Assembly (NCBI RefSeq): GCF_003334405.1
Contig: NZ_QOWM01000003.1
Direction: 5' to 3' (one strand)
Origin: Escherichia coli
GTDB lineage: Bacteria > Pseudomonadota > Gammaproteobacteria > Enterobacterales > Enterobacteriaceae
Length of the DNA: 64,000 nt
Shown: piece by piece, positions 26,381-37,344 of the stretch
Numbering within the stretch: position 1 is the first letter of the stretch
How the letters are laid out: the number at the start of each line of letters is the position of its first letter
The notes under the pieces: generated by a model
Seen by the model: only the letters and a program-made list of their open reading frames with translations
The model's database searches: none
What the model was told of the DNA's origin: nothing
Translations under genes and position numbers: made by a program

Positions 26381-28642
26381 TCAGGCAGGAATTTTGTCAA
26401 TCTTAGGAATGCGTGACCACACGCGGTGTGCTGCCATCAGCGTTAGCAGTTCATCCATAAAACTACCGTCAGCGCTGTCAGCTTCCACAATCCCTTCTTC
26501 ACCCTGGTCAGCGACCTTGATTGTTGCTTTAAACTTGCGCGCGTCACCCGCCAGCGCAATCGGTTTAAGGTGTTTGTAGGCTTCCATCAGGTAGTAGTTG
26601 GCATCGCCGTTGTCAGCGATATCCGCGATATTGCCGCAAGGGACAATGACCGCATCGACCGTCAGCGAAGGTGCACCGGCAAAGGTAGCGGCTATAGGCA
26701 ACACCGTACCGTCATCCGCAGTCACTTCACCCATTCGGGAGTAGAGCAGTTTGGCATGAACGCCTTTGGCCTTCAGCGCCTTGAGAATGGCCAGAAGGTC
26801 TGCCGATCTCACTTCATCATTAAGTAAAATCGCTACCACGCGACCTTTCACATCACCGTCAGGAATGGCGTACAAACTTAAGGATGGATCCTTTTTCAGA
26901 CCGTTGACGTCCGGAGGTGGGGTGATATTCAGCTGGTCGTCAGTCAGTTCGATACCGAGATTTTTCGCCACCGCCTGGGCCAGAGTGAGATCAATATGCG
27001 CCAGCTGGTCAACAACGCGCTCACGAATATACGGACGAACGACTTTGCTTAACTCAAAACTGAAACCATCGACAATATGGCGCTGCTCAAATGGCGTCTG
27101 ACTTAGCCAGAACAGACGCGGATGGGAATAATATTCGCCAAACGATGGGCTGCGCTCGCGAACTTTATTGCCTTCCACGCGCTCCTGGTATGATTCAAAA
27201 CCGCCGCGTTTCGGCCCCGGCGGTGTTTCGCGCGGCCAGTTATCGTTAATCGAGTTCGGTTCGTAATTCGCCGGGTTAGTGTCGATCCCCATGCGATGCA
27301 TGCCGTCACGCTGGAAATTATGGTAAGGGCAGGTCGGACGGTTAATCGGAATCTCATGGAAATTCGGCCCACCAAGACGACTGATTTGTGTATCGGTATA
27401 GGAGAACAAACGTCCCTGCAACAGCGGATCGTTGGTGAAGTCCAGTCCCGGCACGATATGCCCAGGATGGAAAGCCGCCTGTTCGTTTTCAGCAAAGAAG
27501 TTATCCGGGTTGCGATTGAGCACCATTTTGCCGACACGCTGAACGGGCACCAGTTCTTCCGGGATAAGTTTGGTTGGATCGAGAAGATCGAAGTCGAACT
27601 TGAATTCATCTTCTTCAGGAATCAACTGGAAGCCCAGTTCGTATTCCGGAAAATCGCCTGCTTCAATGGCTTCCCACAACTCGCGGCGGTGGAAGTCCGG
27701 GTCACGTCCGGTGAGTTTTTGTGCTTCATCCCAAACGAGTGAGGCTTTACCTGCCAGTGGTTTCCAGTGGAAACGTACAAACGTTGCCTTCCCTTCGGCA
27801 TTAATCAGGCGGAAGGTGTGAATACCGAAGCCTTCCATGGTGCGGTAACTGCGGGGGATGCCGCGATCCGACATCGCCCACATCACGTTGTGCAGAGTTT
27901 CAGGTTGCAGAGAAACATAATCCCAGAAAGTATCGTGGGCACTTTGCCCTTGTGGAATTGCCCAGTGCGGTTCTGGTTTTACCGCATGAACAAAATCGGG
28001 GAATTTATGCGCATCCTGGATAAAGAAGATTGGCGTGTTATTGCCAACGAGGTCAAAAATACCCTCTTCGGTATAGAACTTGGTGGCAAAGCCACGGATA
28101 TCACGCACGGTATCAGCAGAGCCAGCACCACCCTGAACGGTAGAGAAACGTACAAATACTGGGGTGATTTTGTTCGGATCTGAGAGGAAATCCGCTTTGG
28201 TAATATCGCTTAAGCTTTTATATGGCTGGAAATAACCGTGAGCGGCTGATCCGCGTGCATGAACAATACGTTCCGGAATGCGCTCATGGTCAAAGTGGGT
28301 GATTTTCTCGCGCAGAATAAAATCTTCCAGCAGCGTTGGACCACGGCTACCGGCACGCAGTGAGTTTTGATCGTCGGCGATGCGCACGCCCTGATTAGTG
28401 GTCAGCGCATAATTTTCACTGCCTTTGCGTACGTCTTCCAGAGAATTAAGTTTTTCGTTACGCGTATCAGGGGCTTTCAGGCTCCCTGGGGCGGTAGGTT
28501 GTGCACCTGGCGGTGTTGGTTCAGCCGCTGGACGATGAGAGCCGTCCTCAGGTGCCAGTGAGTCCATCCCCGGTTTCGCTTCGCTGGAATCGTGTAGTGG
28601 TGACTGGTGCTGATGTGGGTTCTTTTCGTTATGTTGCGACAT
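26381..28642 (-). CDS. katE: catalase HPII (large-subunit monofunctional catalase)
   Basis: 753 aa; catalase signature region [22 protein letters not shown]. Confidence 0.95.
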   Translation of the reverse strand: MSQHNEKNPHQHQSPLHDSSEAKPGMDSLAPEDGSHRPAAEPTPPGAQPTAPGSLKAPDTRNEKLNSLEDVRKGSENYALTTNQGVRIADDQNSLRAGSRGPTLLEDFILREKITHFDHERIPERIVHARGSAAHGYFQPYKSLSDITKADFLSDPNKITPVFVRFSTVQGGAGSADTVRDIRGFATKFYTEEGIFDLVGNNTPIFFIQDAHKFPDFVHAVKPEPHWAIPQGQSAHDTFWDYVSLQPETLHNVMWAMSDRGIPRSYRTMEGFGIHTFRLINAEGKATFVRFHWKPLAGKASLVWDEAQKLTGRDPDFHRRELWEAIEAGDFPEYELGFQLIPEEDEFKFDFDLLDPTKLIPEELVPVQRVGKMVLNRNPDNFFAENEQAAFHPGHIVPGLDFTNDPLLQGRLFSYTDTQISRLGGPNFHEIPINRPTCPYHNFQRDGMHRMGIDTNPANYEPNSINDNWPRETPPGPKRGGFESYQERVEGNKVRERSPSFGEYYSHPRLFWLSQTPFEQRHIVDGFSFELSKVVRPYIRERVVDQLAHIDLTLAQAVAKNLGIELTDDQLNITPPPDVNGLKKDPSLSLYAIPDGDVKGRVVAILLNDEVRSADLLAILKALKAKGVHAKLLYSRMGEVTADDGTVLPIAATFAGAPSLTVDAVIVPCGNIADIADNGDANYYLMEAYKHLKPIALAGDARKFKATIKVADQGEEGIVEADSADGSFMDELLTLMAAHRVWSRIPKIDKIPA

Positions 28643-28845
28643 TGAACTCGTCTCCTTAATTTATTACTGAAAGGGCCGCTGTTTTGGTCAAAAAACTCTC
28701 TAACTATAGACCACCAGCCAGATCCCGCTTCGGAGACTATTCTGGAAACGGTGTTATGAAATACACGCAAAGCGGGACGTACAGGGGCTAAATCGGCTAA
28801 ACTACAGTTTTTCTGATTTTTAATATGCGTTTAGTGAAGCCAGTA

Positions 28846-29088
28846 ATGAAGAAACCGCTCCGCCAGCAAAACCGCCAGATTATTAGCTATGTCCCACGCA
28901 CGGAACCCGCGCCGCCAGAACATGCGATAAAGATGGATTCGTTTCGTGATGTCTGGATGCTGCGTGGCAAATATGTTGCGTTTGTACTGATGGGAGAGTC
29001 ATTACTGCGCTCACCGGCGTTTACTGTGCCTGAATCTGCCCAACGTTGGGCAAATCAGATCCGCCAGGAAGGGGAAGTGACTGAGTAA
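28846..29088 (+). CDS. cedA: cell division modulator CedA
   Basis: 80 aa from ATG 28846 (MKKPLRQQNRQ); the 87 aa ORF-track version from ATG 28825 is an alternative start. Confidence 0.8.
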   Translation: MKKPLRQQNRQIISYVPRTEPAPPEHAIKMDSFRDVWMLRGKYVAFVLMGESLLRSPAFTVPESAQRWANQIRQEGEVTE

Positions 29089-29376
29089 GGATTACATACC
29101 TCCCGGTTTTGCCGGGAGTTACATGACCTGAAATTCTGTATTTCGTTGCTACATTCATTCAAACCACCTGTAACAAAAAGCTGCCTTTGACGATCTATTG
29201 CTATAAATAAGTGATCTTTTTTCTTTAATTGTTTATTTATTTTAAAATGGTTAAGTTTTGCTAATCATGATGAGCTATTTTTGATAGTTCATCCTGTGGC
29301 GTCGCTCTTAAACTTATATTGTAAATGACTTAGATTTAAATGAGATAATAATTTTGTTAACAATATGAGGCGGGAG

Positions 29377-30180
29377 ATGTTTTCTACAAACTTAATACAG
29401 AGTAATTATGGTGATTTAAATATTAAAAGCCTGGCTTTCGACTCTTTTAAAGAAAGGCTGCAGTCTACTATGACAGCACTCACTTTCTTTATATCAACGG
29501 GTCAATGTGACTGCGATGAAATAGCAGAATCAAACTTTAATTATATGATTGCCTATATGTCTAACATTAACTATGATGCCTCAAAGCCAGGAGCGCCAGC
29601 ACTTAGTTTTGATACATATCTGCAGGACAATGTTAAATATAGAGTAATAATTAATAATCTTTATGGTAGTGAAATTCGGATAAGAGGTATAAATAAAGAT
29701 TTTATTGGAATGGATGTCACTTCTGTATTTCGCCCAGAAAAAATGACCAATTTGATCAGTATAAAAAACAGGTTGGTTATTCACTATTTAAGGACTATAT
29801 ACTATGAACAAAATTATATACATCCTGTCGGGAGCATTTTTGCTGCGATTCAAAAAAATGAGAGTCTCCTAAAGTTTCCTTCGATAATATCAATGCTTAA
29901 TATCAATCTTCTTTTTAATCCACTAAATCTTCCGGGAATGGGAAGTGGTGTGCTTGAAGATATTATGAGTATTCCAGATAGTTCACTTAGAAAACGTCTC
30001 GGGTATGAGGTTTTAAGCTTCTCGCTACAGGCACATTCATTGAGCCAGGAATGTATTGATAAGTTGGACATTTTTTTCGCTGACGATCTGTTTAAATATG
30101 AGTCAGTATGCATCGCCGCGATGGAACATTTAAAAAGTAAGGCAACGGCCCCTATACAAAACGGACCGTTGCCAGCATAA
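29377..30180 (+). CDS. ydjO: uncharacterised protein, AT-rich gene
   Basis: 267 aa from ATG 29377 (GAGG-type RBS upstream); visibly AT-rich coding and upstream region; recognised as YdjO. Confidence 0.75.
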   Translation: MFSTNLIQSNYGDLNIKSLAFDSFKERLQSTMTALTFFISTGQCDCDEIAESNFNYMIAYMSNINYDASKPGAPALSFDTYLQDNVKYRVIINNLYGSEIRIRGINKDFIGMDVTSVFRPEKMTNLISIKNRLVIHYLRTIYYEQNYIHPVGSIFAAIQKNESLLKFPSIISMLNINLLFNPLNLPGMGSGVLEDIMSIPDSSLRKRLGYEVLSFSLQAHSLSQECIDKLDIFFADDLFKYESVCIAAMEHLKSKATAPIQNGPLPA

Positions 30181-30183
30181 GAA

Positions 30184-31575
30184 TTAATGGTGTGCCAGTT
30201 CGGCGTCGTCTTCGCTATCCAGAATGGCTTTATCGGTTTGCTTCAGCCACTGGCTGGTCAGCGTGCCAGCTGTCATCGAGCCACTAACGTTTAACGCCGT
30301 ACGGCCCATGTCGATAAGCGGTTCAACGGAGATTAACAGCGCCACCAGGGTTACTGGCAGGCCCATCGCAGGCAGTACAATCAGTGCGGCGAAAGTTGCA
30401 CCACCACCGACACCGGCAACGCCTGCGGAACTAACGGTAACAATACCGACCAGCGTCGCAATCCACATCGGGTCCAGCGGGTTAATGCCAACCGTAGGCG
30501 CAACCATCACCGCCAGCATTGCCGGATACAAACCGGCGCAGCCGTTCTGACCAATGGTTGCACCGAAAGAGGCGGCGAAACTGGCGATGGATTCAGGAAC
30601 GCCCAGACGACGCGTTTGTGCTTCCACATTCAGTGGGATAGACGCAGCACTGGAACGGCTGGTAAAGGCAAACGTCAGCACAGGCCATACCTTACGGAAG
30701 TACTTCAGCGGACTCACGCCATTAATGCCCAGCAGAATGCCATGCACTGCAAACATAATCAGCAGACCGAGGTAGGACGCGACAACGAAACTTCCCAGTT
30801 TGATGATGTCTTGCAAGTTAGAACCTGCAACCACTTTGGTCATTAGAGCCAGAACGCCGTAAGGGGTCAACTGCATGACCAGGCGAACCAGTTTCATCAC
30901 CCAGCTTTGTAGGGTATCGATAGCGGCTAAGACGCGTTCACCTTTCGGCGCATCATCCTTCAGCAGTTTCAATGCAGCTACGCCGAGGAATGCGGCAAAA
31001 ATTACCACGCTGATAATTGACGTCGGATTGGCTCCGGTAAGATCGGCAAACGGGTTTTTCGGGATAAAGGACAAGACCAGCTGCGGAACGCTCAGATCAG
31101 AGACTTTACCAACATAGTTACTTTCAATGGCGTTCAGACGTGCAGTTTCTGCACCACCCTGAACCAGACCTTCAGCCGTCAAACCAAACAGGTTGGTGAC
31201 CAGCACACCGACCAGCGCCGCAATCAGCGTGGTAAACAAAAGCGTACCGATGGTCAGAAAACTGATTTTGCCTAACTGAGATGCGTTATGCAGACGGGCA
31301 ACCGCGCTCAGAATAGAGGCGAAGACTAACGGCATAACGATCATTTGCAGCAGTTGAACATAGCCGTTACCAACGATGTTAAACCACTGTACAGAATCTT
31401 TAAGTACCTGGCTGTCAGAACCATAAATGGTATGCAGGGCAAGGCCAAAAACCACACCCATCACCAGACCCACCAGCACTTTTTTCGCCAGACTCCACTG
31501 TTTATGGCGGGTCTGAGCCAGCGCAAACAGCAGTACAACGAACACCACGATGTTCGCAATTAATGGAAAGTTCAT
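30184..31575 (-). CDS. tcyP: L-cystine transporter (dicarboxylate/amino acid:cation symporter family)
   Basis: 463 aa polytopic membrane protein (formerly ydjN). Confidence 0.9.
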
Positions 31576-31707
31576 CCCCGTTCTCCTGATCTTATTATTT
31601 CTATCACTGCGTAGCAGTCATAGTGTTGGCGCAAGATTAACAGAACTGTGAGCTGGCTCTTATATTCAAATGGAATTGCTTATTCCAGAAAGGTGATTTT
31701 TGCCTTT

Positions 31708-32298
31708 TTAGTATTCAACCTGATGCTTAATAAGCCGATGAAACTGGATCTGCAAGGTATTGATCATTTGCGATGACCAACGAACAGCGCTGTTCTCGGG
31801 TAATGAATGGGGCATCCATACCGACCAGACAAATAATGCCATGCAGATAAAACGTTCCAGTTGGTTGCCCTTTTGGGGAACCAGGATAGGCAAGCGGAAA
31901 CGCCAGCGGCATGGCCAGAGCAGGGGAACACCGGCGGGTGTCAGCATATCGGCAAGTATGTGGCTCAAATAACCCAGCACCATTCCTTGTAGCGCATCAG
32001 CCGGAATGAACCAGCCTTCCGGAACCTTAAGGTAAAAGGTTGCCAGCAGCGCAAATACCGCCAGCAGACTGTGGGTAAAACCACGATGCCCAAAAGCGCG
32101 GGCGATCGGTTTTGATATCCATTTTAATCGCTGCCCAAGAAACGACTTTGGGTGATCGATGTCCGGTAACAAACACGTTAGGATTGCGGAAGGGACAATA
32201 TGCCACCAGTCACCCTGTGCCAGCACGGGCGTCAGCTCGGCATTTTTGGCAAATACCGCACAAGCAATAGAAAAGAGAAGGTGACCTTCCGCCGTCAT
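31708..32298 (-). CDS. ydjM: LexA-regulated inner membrane protein (YdjM family)
   Basis: 196 aa from ATG complement 32296..32298; LexA box 17 nt upstream. Confidence 0.85.
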   Translation of the reverse strand: MTAEGHLLFSIACAVFAKNAELTPVLAQGDWWHIVPSAILTCLLPDIDHPKSFLGQRLKWISKPIARAFGHRGFTHSLLAVFALLATFYLKVPEGWFIPADALQGMVLGYLSHILADMLTPAGVPLLWPCRWRFRLPILVPQKGNQLERFICMALFVWSVWMPHSLPENSAVRWSSQMINTLQIQFHRLIKHQVEY

Positions 32299-32314
32299 GA
32301 TAAAACTCACTAAA

Positions 32315-32330
32315 CTGTCGATACGTACAG
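32315..32330. promoter_or_regulatory. LexA (SOS) box upstream of ydjM
   Basis: CTGTCGATACGTACAG = CTG-N10-CAG, flanked by TA; an adjacent degenerate second box-like element (TATACAGTA) lies at about 32327..32350. Confidence 0.7.
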
Positions 32331-32460
32331 TATAGGATTTTTATACAGTACACGGAAGTGGTGACGGTGTAACTCTTTCTCTTAAATTGACGATTAATCC
32401 GTCAGTTGAATGCAATTTCAGATAAAGAACCAGGGGCAGCGAGATCACTGCCCCTGGTCA

Positions 32461-33129
32461 TTAACCGAGAAGGTCTTTTGCGGTGAGTTCTGTCAGCGAT
32501 GAGAGTTTGACGTCTGCTAATACAAAACGTGGATCATTTTGCGCTTCTGGCGCAGGAACGACGATGGAACGCATGCGGGCTGCTTTAGAGGCGATCATGC
32601 CATTTACCGAATCTTCCAGCGCTACGCAGGTCAGAGGGTCAACGCCCAGTTTTGCTGCGCAGTCGAGATATACTTGCGGATGCGGCTTGCTGTAAGGCAG
32701 TTTTTCGGCCGAGGCGAGGGCATCGAAACTGTCGCGTAAGTCAAACATGGTCAACACTTTTTCCAGCATATGTAGTGGTGACGCGGAGGCCAGTCCCACC
32801 AATAAACCTTGTTCTTTGCATAACGCAACGGCTTCGCGCACGCCTGGTAATAATGGACGTGTCTCTTCAACCAGTGAAATGGCACGGGCAATAACCCGTT
32901 CTACTACTTCCTGACGGCTTGGCCCATTCCACGGTTGCCGGGCGTACCAAAGATCGACCACCATATCGATGCGTAAACCTAAGGTGTCCGGCAGCTCGTT
33001 ACGACGGGAGATATCCACCCCCAGGCTTGCCATCACATCCAGTTCGGCTCGATCCCATAAAGGTTCTGAGTCGATAAGTAATCCATCCATATCAAAAATT
33101 GCAGCAAGAATCTGACGCGGGGTTGACAT
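32461..33129 (-). CDS. hxpB: HAD-family sugar/hexitol phosphatase
   Basis: 222 aa; HAD motif I DMDGLLIDSE (formerly yniC). Confidence 0.9.
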   Translation of the reverse strand: MSTPRQILAAIFDMDGLLIDSEPLWDRAELDVMASLGVDISRRNELPDTLGLRIDMVVDLWYARQPWNGPSRQEVVERVIARAISLVEETRPLLPGVREAVALCKEQGLLVGLASASPLHMLEKVLTMFDLRDSFDALASAEKLPYSKPHPQVYLDCAAKLGVDPLTCVALEDSVNGMIASKAARMRSIVVPAPEAQNDPRFVLADVKLSSLTELTAKDLLG

Positions 33130-33275
33130 TACAACCTCTCCTTTAGAGCATTATGTGTAAGGTATTAAGCCGTGCTTATGATTAAGCGCCTATCATATCG
33201 CCTTTAAAGAATGGGCGAAAACAGATATCTACAGGTAAACTAAGTGAAACGACGCGTCTTAATCAAGGAGAACTC

Positions 33276-33812
33276 ATGACGTATCAACAAGCTGGACGCA
33301 TTGCTGTTTTGAAAAGGATTTTGGGTTGGGTGATTTTTATACCTGCATTGATCTCTACATTGATTTCTTTGCTGAAATTTATGAATACCCGGCAGGAAAA
33401 CAAGGAAGGCATTAATGCGGTCATGCTCGACTTTACTCATGTCATGATCGATATGATGCAGGCGAATACGCCTTTTTTGAATTTATTCTGGTATAACTCC
33501 CCGACGCCCAATTTTAATGGTGGCGTGAACGTTATGTTCTGGGTGATTTTCATCCTGATTTTTGTCGGACTGGCGTTGCAGGATTCCGGTGCCCGGATGA
33601 GTCGCCAGGCGCGCTTCTTGCGGGAAGGTGTTGAAGATCAACTCATTCTGGAAAAAGCCAAAGGGGAAGAGGGGCTAACGCGTGAACAAATTGAGTCCCG
33701 TATTGTTGTTCCGCACCATACTATTTTCCTGCAGTTTTTCTCACTGTATATCCTGCCGGTTATTTGTATTGCTGCAGGTTATGTGTTCTTTTCTCTGCTT
33801 GGGTTTATTTAA
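33276..33812 (+). CDS. yniB: inner membrane protein of unknown function
   Basis: 178 aa with several hydrophobic helices. Confidence 0.8.
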   Translation: MTYQQAGRIAVLKRILGWVIFIPALISTLISLLKFMNTRQENKEGINAVMLDFTHVMIDMMQANTPFLNLFWYNSPTPNFNGGVNVMFWVIFILIFVGLALQDSGARMSRQARFLREGVEDQLILEKAKGEEGLTREQIESRIVVPHHTIFLQFFSLYILPVICIAAGYVFFSLLGFI

Positions 33813-33852
33813 TCAAAAGGCCGCACGGAGCGGCCATTATCCTCAACCCATA

Positions 33853-34713
33853 TCATGCTGCTAATAATCTATCCAATGACTGCTGAGCAATAACCAAATG
33901 CTGACCGCCAAATAACCTTGCACGATTTAACAGCGTGTAGAGTTGGTAAACCGGTTGACGTTCAAGGAAATCGGCAGGTAGCGGGGATACTGACTGATAG
34001 CCGTCATAGATTTGTGGCGGCTGTTCAGTATGCAGCGGTAACATCGCCAGGTCGCACTCTCGGTCACCCCAGTAGCAGGCCGGGTCGAAAATGTACGGGC
34101 CATCCGGACCCAGTGCACAGTTGCCGGACCATAAATCGCCGTGCAACAGAGAAGGCTGCGGTTGATGTGAGGCCAGACGCTGCTGAATATGCTCGACGAT
34201 GGCGTCGATATTGCCGAAAGCGATCCCTTTTTCTGCAGCCAGTTCCAACTGCCAGCCAATCCGTTGTTCAGCAAAAAACGTTGACCAGCGACGTTGCCAG
34301 GTGTTGGGCTGTGGAGTTGTGGAGAGCGCGTTATCGAAATCAAGGCCAAATTGTGGTTGGTCGCTCCATTGATGTAAACGCGCAATTTGCTGACCAAGAA
34401 TAAATGCGCTATGCGCATCCAGCGGACGAGGTGGGAGATAATCCATCACCAGAAAACTGTAGTCACGGTCAGCGCCAACTGCCCAAACCTTAGGCACGGT
34501 GACGGTTTTACTACGCGACAGTAACTCCAGTTGGTCGGCTTCGGCGGTAAAACCGGGAAGCAGTTCCCTTTCATCACATTTGACGAAAAAATCATGTCCT
34601 GCATAGCGCAAATGCCATGCGGCATGGACTTCTCCGCCAGGCAGTTCATTACGCAGTTCGATTTCGCCTTCACCTAACTGCTCGCTCAAAAGACGACTGA
34701 TTGCCTGCCACAT
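33853..34713 (-). CDS. yniA: fructosamine/ketosamine kinase family protein
   Basis: 286 aa; kinase-like HGDLWSGN motif. Confidence 0.85.
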   Translation of the reverse strand: MWQAISRLLSEQLGEGEIELRNELPGGEVHAAWHLRYAGHDFFVKCDERELLPGFTAEADQLELLSRSKTVTVPKVWAVGADRDYSFLVMDYLPPRPLDAHSAFILGQQIARLHQWSDQPQFGLDFDNALSTTPQPNTWQRRWSTFFAEQRIGWQLELAAEKGIAFGNIDAIVEHIQQRLASHQPQPSLLHGDLWSGNCALGPDGPYIFDPACYWGDRECDLAMLPLHTEQPPQIYDGYQSVSPLPADFLERQPVYQLYTLLNRARLFGGQHLVIAQQSLDRLLAA

Positions 34714-34818
34714 GATGTCTCTCCCATGTTGTCTGCCAGATCATAAGGTTAGCGCAAGAATGCGGTGTAAAAACACGAGCTAACGCACACCACAGACTGA
34801 TTATTGCCCAAAAACCAT

Positions 34819-35109
34819 TTATTTTCTGTTGCTATTCCATTCCTCCCAGGTCGTGATGGTGATTTCAGGATCTTTGCCGGTTGCACTTTGGGTAAGCCCC
34901 GAAACCAGTTCTCTAATTTCTTCTTCACTTTGGGTACTGATAAGTCCAAAAGTGTTAGTTCCCAGCTCATGGATATTTCCCTCATCATCCGTCATAGTGA
35001 GCAAAAAACCGTCGCGAGTCAGGTAATTATTCAACTCGTTAATTTCAGTCAATGTATCCTCATGCAACATGACGGTTATGACATAACGGACAAGATCGCC
35101 ACTGGCCAT
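34819..35109 (-). CDS. ydiZ: uncharacterised protein, 96 aa
   Basis: ORF 96 aa recognised as YdiZ. Confidence 0.75.
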   Translation of the reverse strand: MASGDLVRYVITVMLHEDTLTEINELNNYLTRDGFLLTMTDDEGNIHELGTNTFGLISTQSEEEIRELVSGLTQSATGKDPEITITTWEEWNSNRK

Positions 35110-35209
35110 AGTTCACCCCTTTGTTATCACATGACTTTTGAGCATAGTCGGAGAAACGCGTTGCCGACAGGTTGGTGATGATTCCCCCAATGCTGGGGGA
35201 ATGTTTTTG

Positions 35210-36139
35210 TTAGCGGGAAAGGTAAGCGTAAATTTTTTGCGTATCGTCATGGGAGCACAGACGTGTTCCCTGATTGAGTGTGGCTGCACTCCCCGCAGCT
35301 ACGCCAAAACGAACCATCTCTTCAAGAGAGGCATTTTCTGCCAGTTTCAGTGTCATCGCGCCGACCATGCTGTCACCAGCGCCAACGGTACTCTGGCTTT
35401 TCACCGGTGGTGGCACCACCTGAATACAGTTTTCACTATCAACACCCAGCGCTCCTTGTGGACCCAGGGAAACGACAACCCGTTTGGCCTTGCCGCTATT
35501 AACGATTTCCTGCGCGGCTTTGCGGACATCGTCCGGCTGGGTGAGTTCGCGATTCACCAGCGCACTGAGTTCTTTTTGGTTAGGCTTAACCAACTCGATG
35601 TTACCAATTGCCAGTGCTGCACTTAACGCTTCGCCAGAACTGTCGACGATGCAGCGGATCCCTTGTTTTTGCGCAGCGGAAATCAGTTGGGTTAATTTTT
35701 CCAGCTTCACACCTGGCGGCAGGCTTCCGCTTATGACCAGGATGGCCCCGGATTCAATTTCCAGAACTTGCTCTTCAAGCTGGCGAAACTCATCTTCATT
35801 TAATGCCGCGCCTGGCATAACAAAACGATACTGCTCACCGCTTGCTTCCACATGTACGTGTAAATTCTGCCGGGTCCAGTCTTTGGCTTCTACAGTAGCG
35901 ACGGGGACATTTTCATCCGCCAACAGTGAAACCAGGTGTTCGCCGGTCGCGCCACCCGCCGGGAAGATCGCTGTGGCACTGCCTCCAAGATGGGCAATGG
36001 CGCGGGCGACGTTGATGCCGCCGCCCCCGGGTTCGAACACCGGTGCGGTACAGCGCAGTTTTCCTTCGGGATAAATTTGCGGGGTAATTGTTGCGCTATC
36101 GAGAGAGGGCGCAAGTGTCAACGTATAGATACGTACCAT
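35210..36139 (-). CDS. pfkB: 6-phosphofructokinase II (ribokinase family)
   Basis: 309 aa from second ATG (AGGAGGA RBS 4 nt upstream); ribokinase-family motif VGAGDSMVGA. Confidence 0.95.
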   Translation of the reverse strand: MVRIYTLTLAPSLDSATITPQIYPEGKLRCTAPVFEPGGGGINVARAIAHLGGSATAIFPAGGATGEHLVSLLADENVPVATVEAKDWTRQNLHVHVEASGEQYRFVMPGAALNEDEFRQLEEQVLEIESGAILVISGSLPPGVKLEKLTQLISAAQKQGIRCIVDSSGEALSAALAIGNIELVKPNQKELSALVNRELTQPDDVRKAAQEIVNSGKAKRVVVSLGPQGALGVDSENCIQVVPPPVKSQSTVGAGDSMVGAMTLKLAENASLEEMVRFGVAAGSAATLNQGTRLCSHDDTQKIYAYLSR

Positions 36140-36425
36140 CATTTCCTCCTATAGGCTGATTTCAGTCTGGCACCGAATCAGCGGAAAGTGAAGAAATTAA
36201 CAATATGATTTATTGGAGCTTTATTTAAAATTTTGCAGATAAATATATATAAATAAAAATCTGTTTTCGCCACATGCTTATTCAAAAAATGAAATAAGAA
36301 TACATTGCTAAGTTATTCGCGCCTTTTTATAATTCGTTACCTTTCCAGGGACGCTAATCTTTGATCCTTAAGAAAGTTTCCGGGACCGCGATGGTCTCTT
36401 TTTTTGTTGTACGGACTCTTGATAA

Positions 36426-37184
36426 ATGAAGCTTTTGAAGACAGTTCCTGCCATCGTTATGTTGGCGGGGGGCATGTTTGCGTCACTGAATGCAGCTGCC
36501 GATGATTCCGTTTTTACTGTCATGGATGATCCTGCCAGCGCTAAAAAACCTTTCGAAGGTAATCTGAACGCAGGATATCTTGCACAATCAGGCAATACGA
36601 AAAGCTCCTCACTTACGGCTGACACCACCATGACCTGGTATGGACACACCACTGCCTGGTCGCTGTGGGGGAACGCCAGTAATACTTCTTCTAATGATGA
36701 GCGTTCTTCAGAAAAATATGCGGCGGGCGGGCGTAGCCGTTTTAATTTAACTGATTATGACTATTTATTTGGTCAGGCAAGCTGGCTGACAGACCGTTAT
36801 AACGGCTATCGAGAGCGCGATGTGTTGACCGCGGGTTATGGGCGTCAGTTTTTGAATGGCCCGGTACACAGTTTCCGCTTTGAATTCGGTCCAGGTGTGC
36901 GTTACGACAAATATACCGACAATGCCAGTGAAACCCAGCCGCTGGGCTATGCCTCCGGGGCTTATGCATGGCAGTTGACTGACAACGCTAAATTTACGCA
37001 GGGTGTTTCGGTCTTTGGCGCGGAAGACACAACGCTGAACTCCGAAAGCGCATTAAATGTTGCTATTAATGAACATTTTGGACTGAAGGTGGCTTACAAC
37101 GTCACATGGAACTCTGAACCTCCAGAGTCTGCACCGGAACATACCGACCGTCGGACAACCTTATCGCTGGGCTACAGCATGTAA
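36426..37184 (+). CDS. ydiY: putative outer membrane beta-barrel protein
   Basis: 252 aa with signal peptide and C-terminal aromatic residue pattern (LGYSM). Confidence 0.85.
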   Translation: MKLLKTVPAIVMLAGGMFASLNAAADDSVFTVMDDPASAKKPFEGNLNAGYLAQSGNTKSSSLTADTTMTWYGHTTAWSLWGNASNTSSNDERSSEKYAAGGRSRFNLTDYDYLFGQASWLTDRYNGYRERDVLTAGYGRQFLNGPVHSFRFEFGPGVRYDKYTDNASETQPLGYASGAYAWQLTDNAKFTQGVSVFGAEDTTLNSESALNVAINEHFGLKVAYNVTWNSEPPESAPEHTDRRTTLSLGYSM

Positions 37185-37236
37185 AATTATCTGCCGGACC
37201 GTGTTATGCGGTCTGGCTGTCTTCGTTTGTCACTGC

Positions 37237-37344
37237 TCAGCCCCAAATCATTGCTGCCCAACGTAGCAACAACATAGCGCCACAGATTGCCAGTAGCACC
37301 ACCACCATCTTCCAGTGTTTTTTATCAAAGCGTTTAGTCGGCAT
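37237..37344 (-). CDS. yniD: small single-TM membrane protein, 35 aa
   Basis: MPTKRFDKKHWKMVVVLLAICGAMLLLRWAAMIWG from ATG complement 37342..37344 with AGGA upstream; ORF track shows a 72 aa in-frame extension from a GTG. Confidence 0.75.
   Translation of the reverse strand: MPTKRFDKKHWKMVVVLLAICGAMLLLRWAAMIWG

Noticed and set aside
29100-29370. Possible CRISPR array or IS element in AT-rich intergenic regions (29100..29370, 36180..36425, 39420..39540, 55080..55380)
   Set aside because: No regularly spaced direct repeats with unique spacers, no terminal inverted repeats and no transposase ORF; these are AT-rich promoter regions.
33682-33864. 60 aa Cys-rich ORF at the yniB 3' end
   Set aside because: Alternative frame within yniB; no start-site support.
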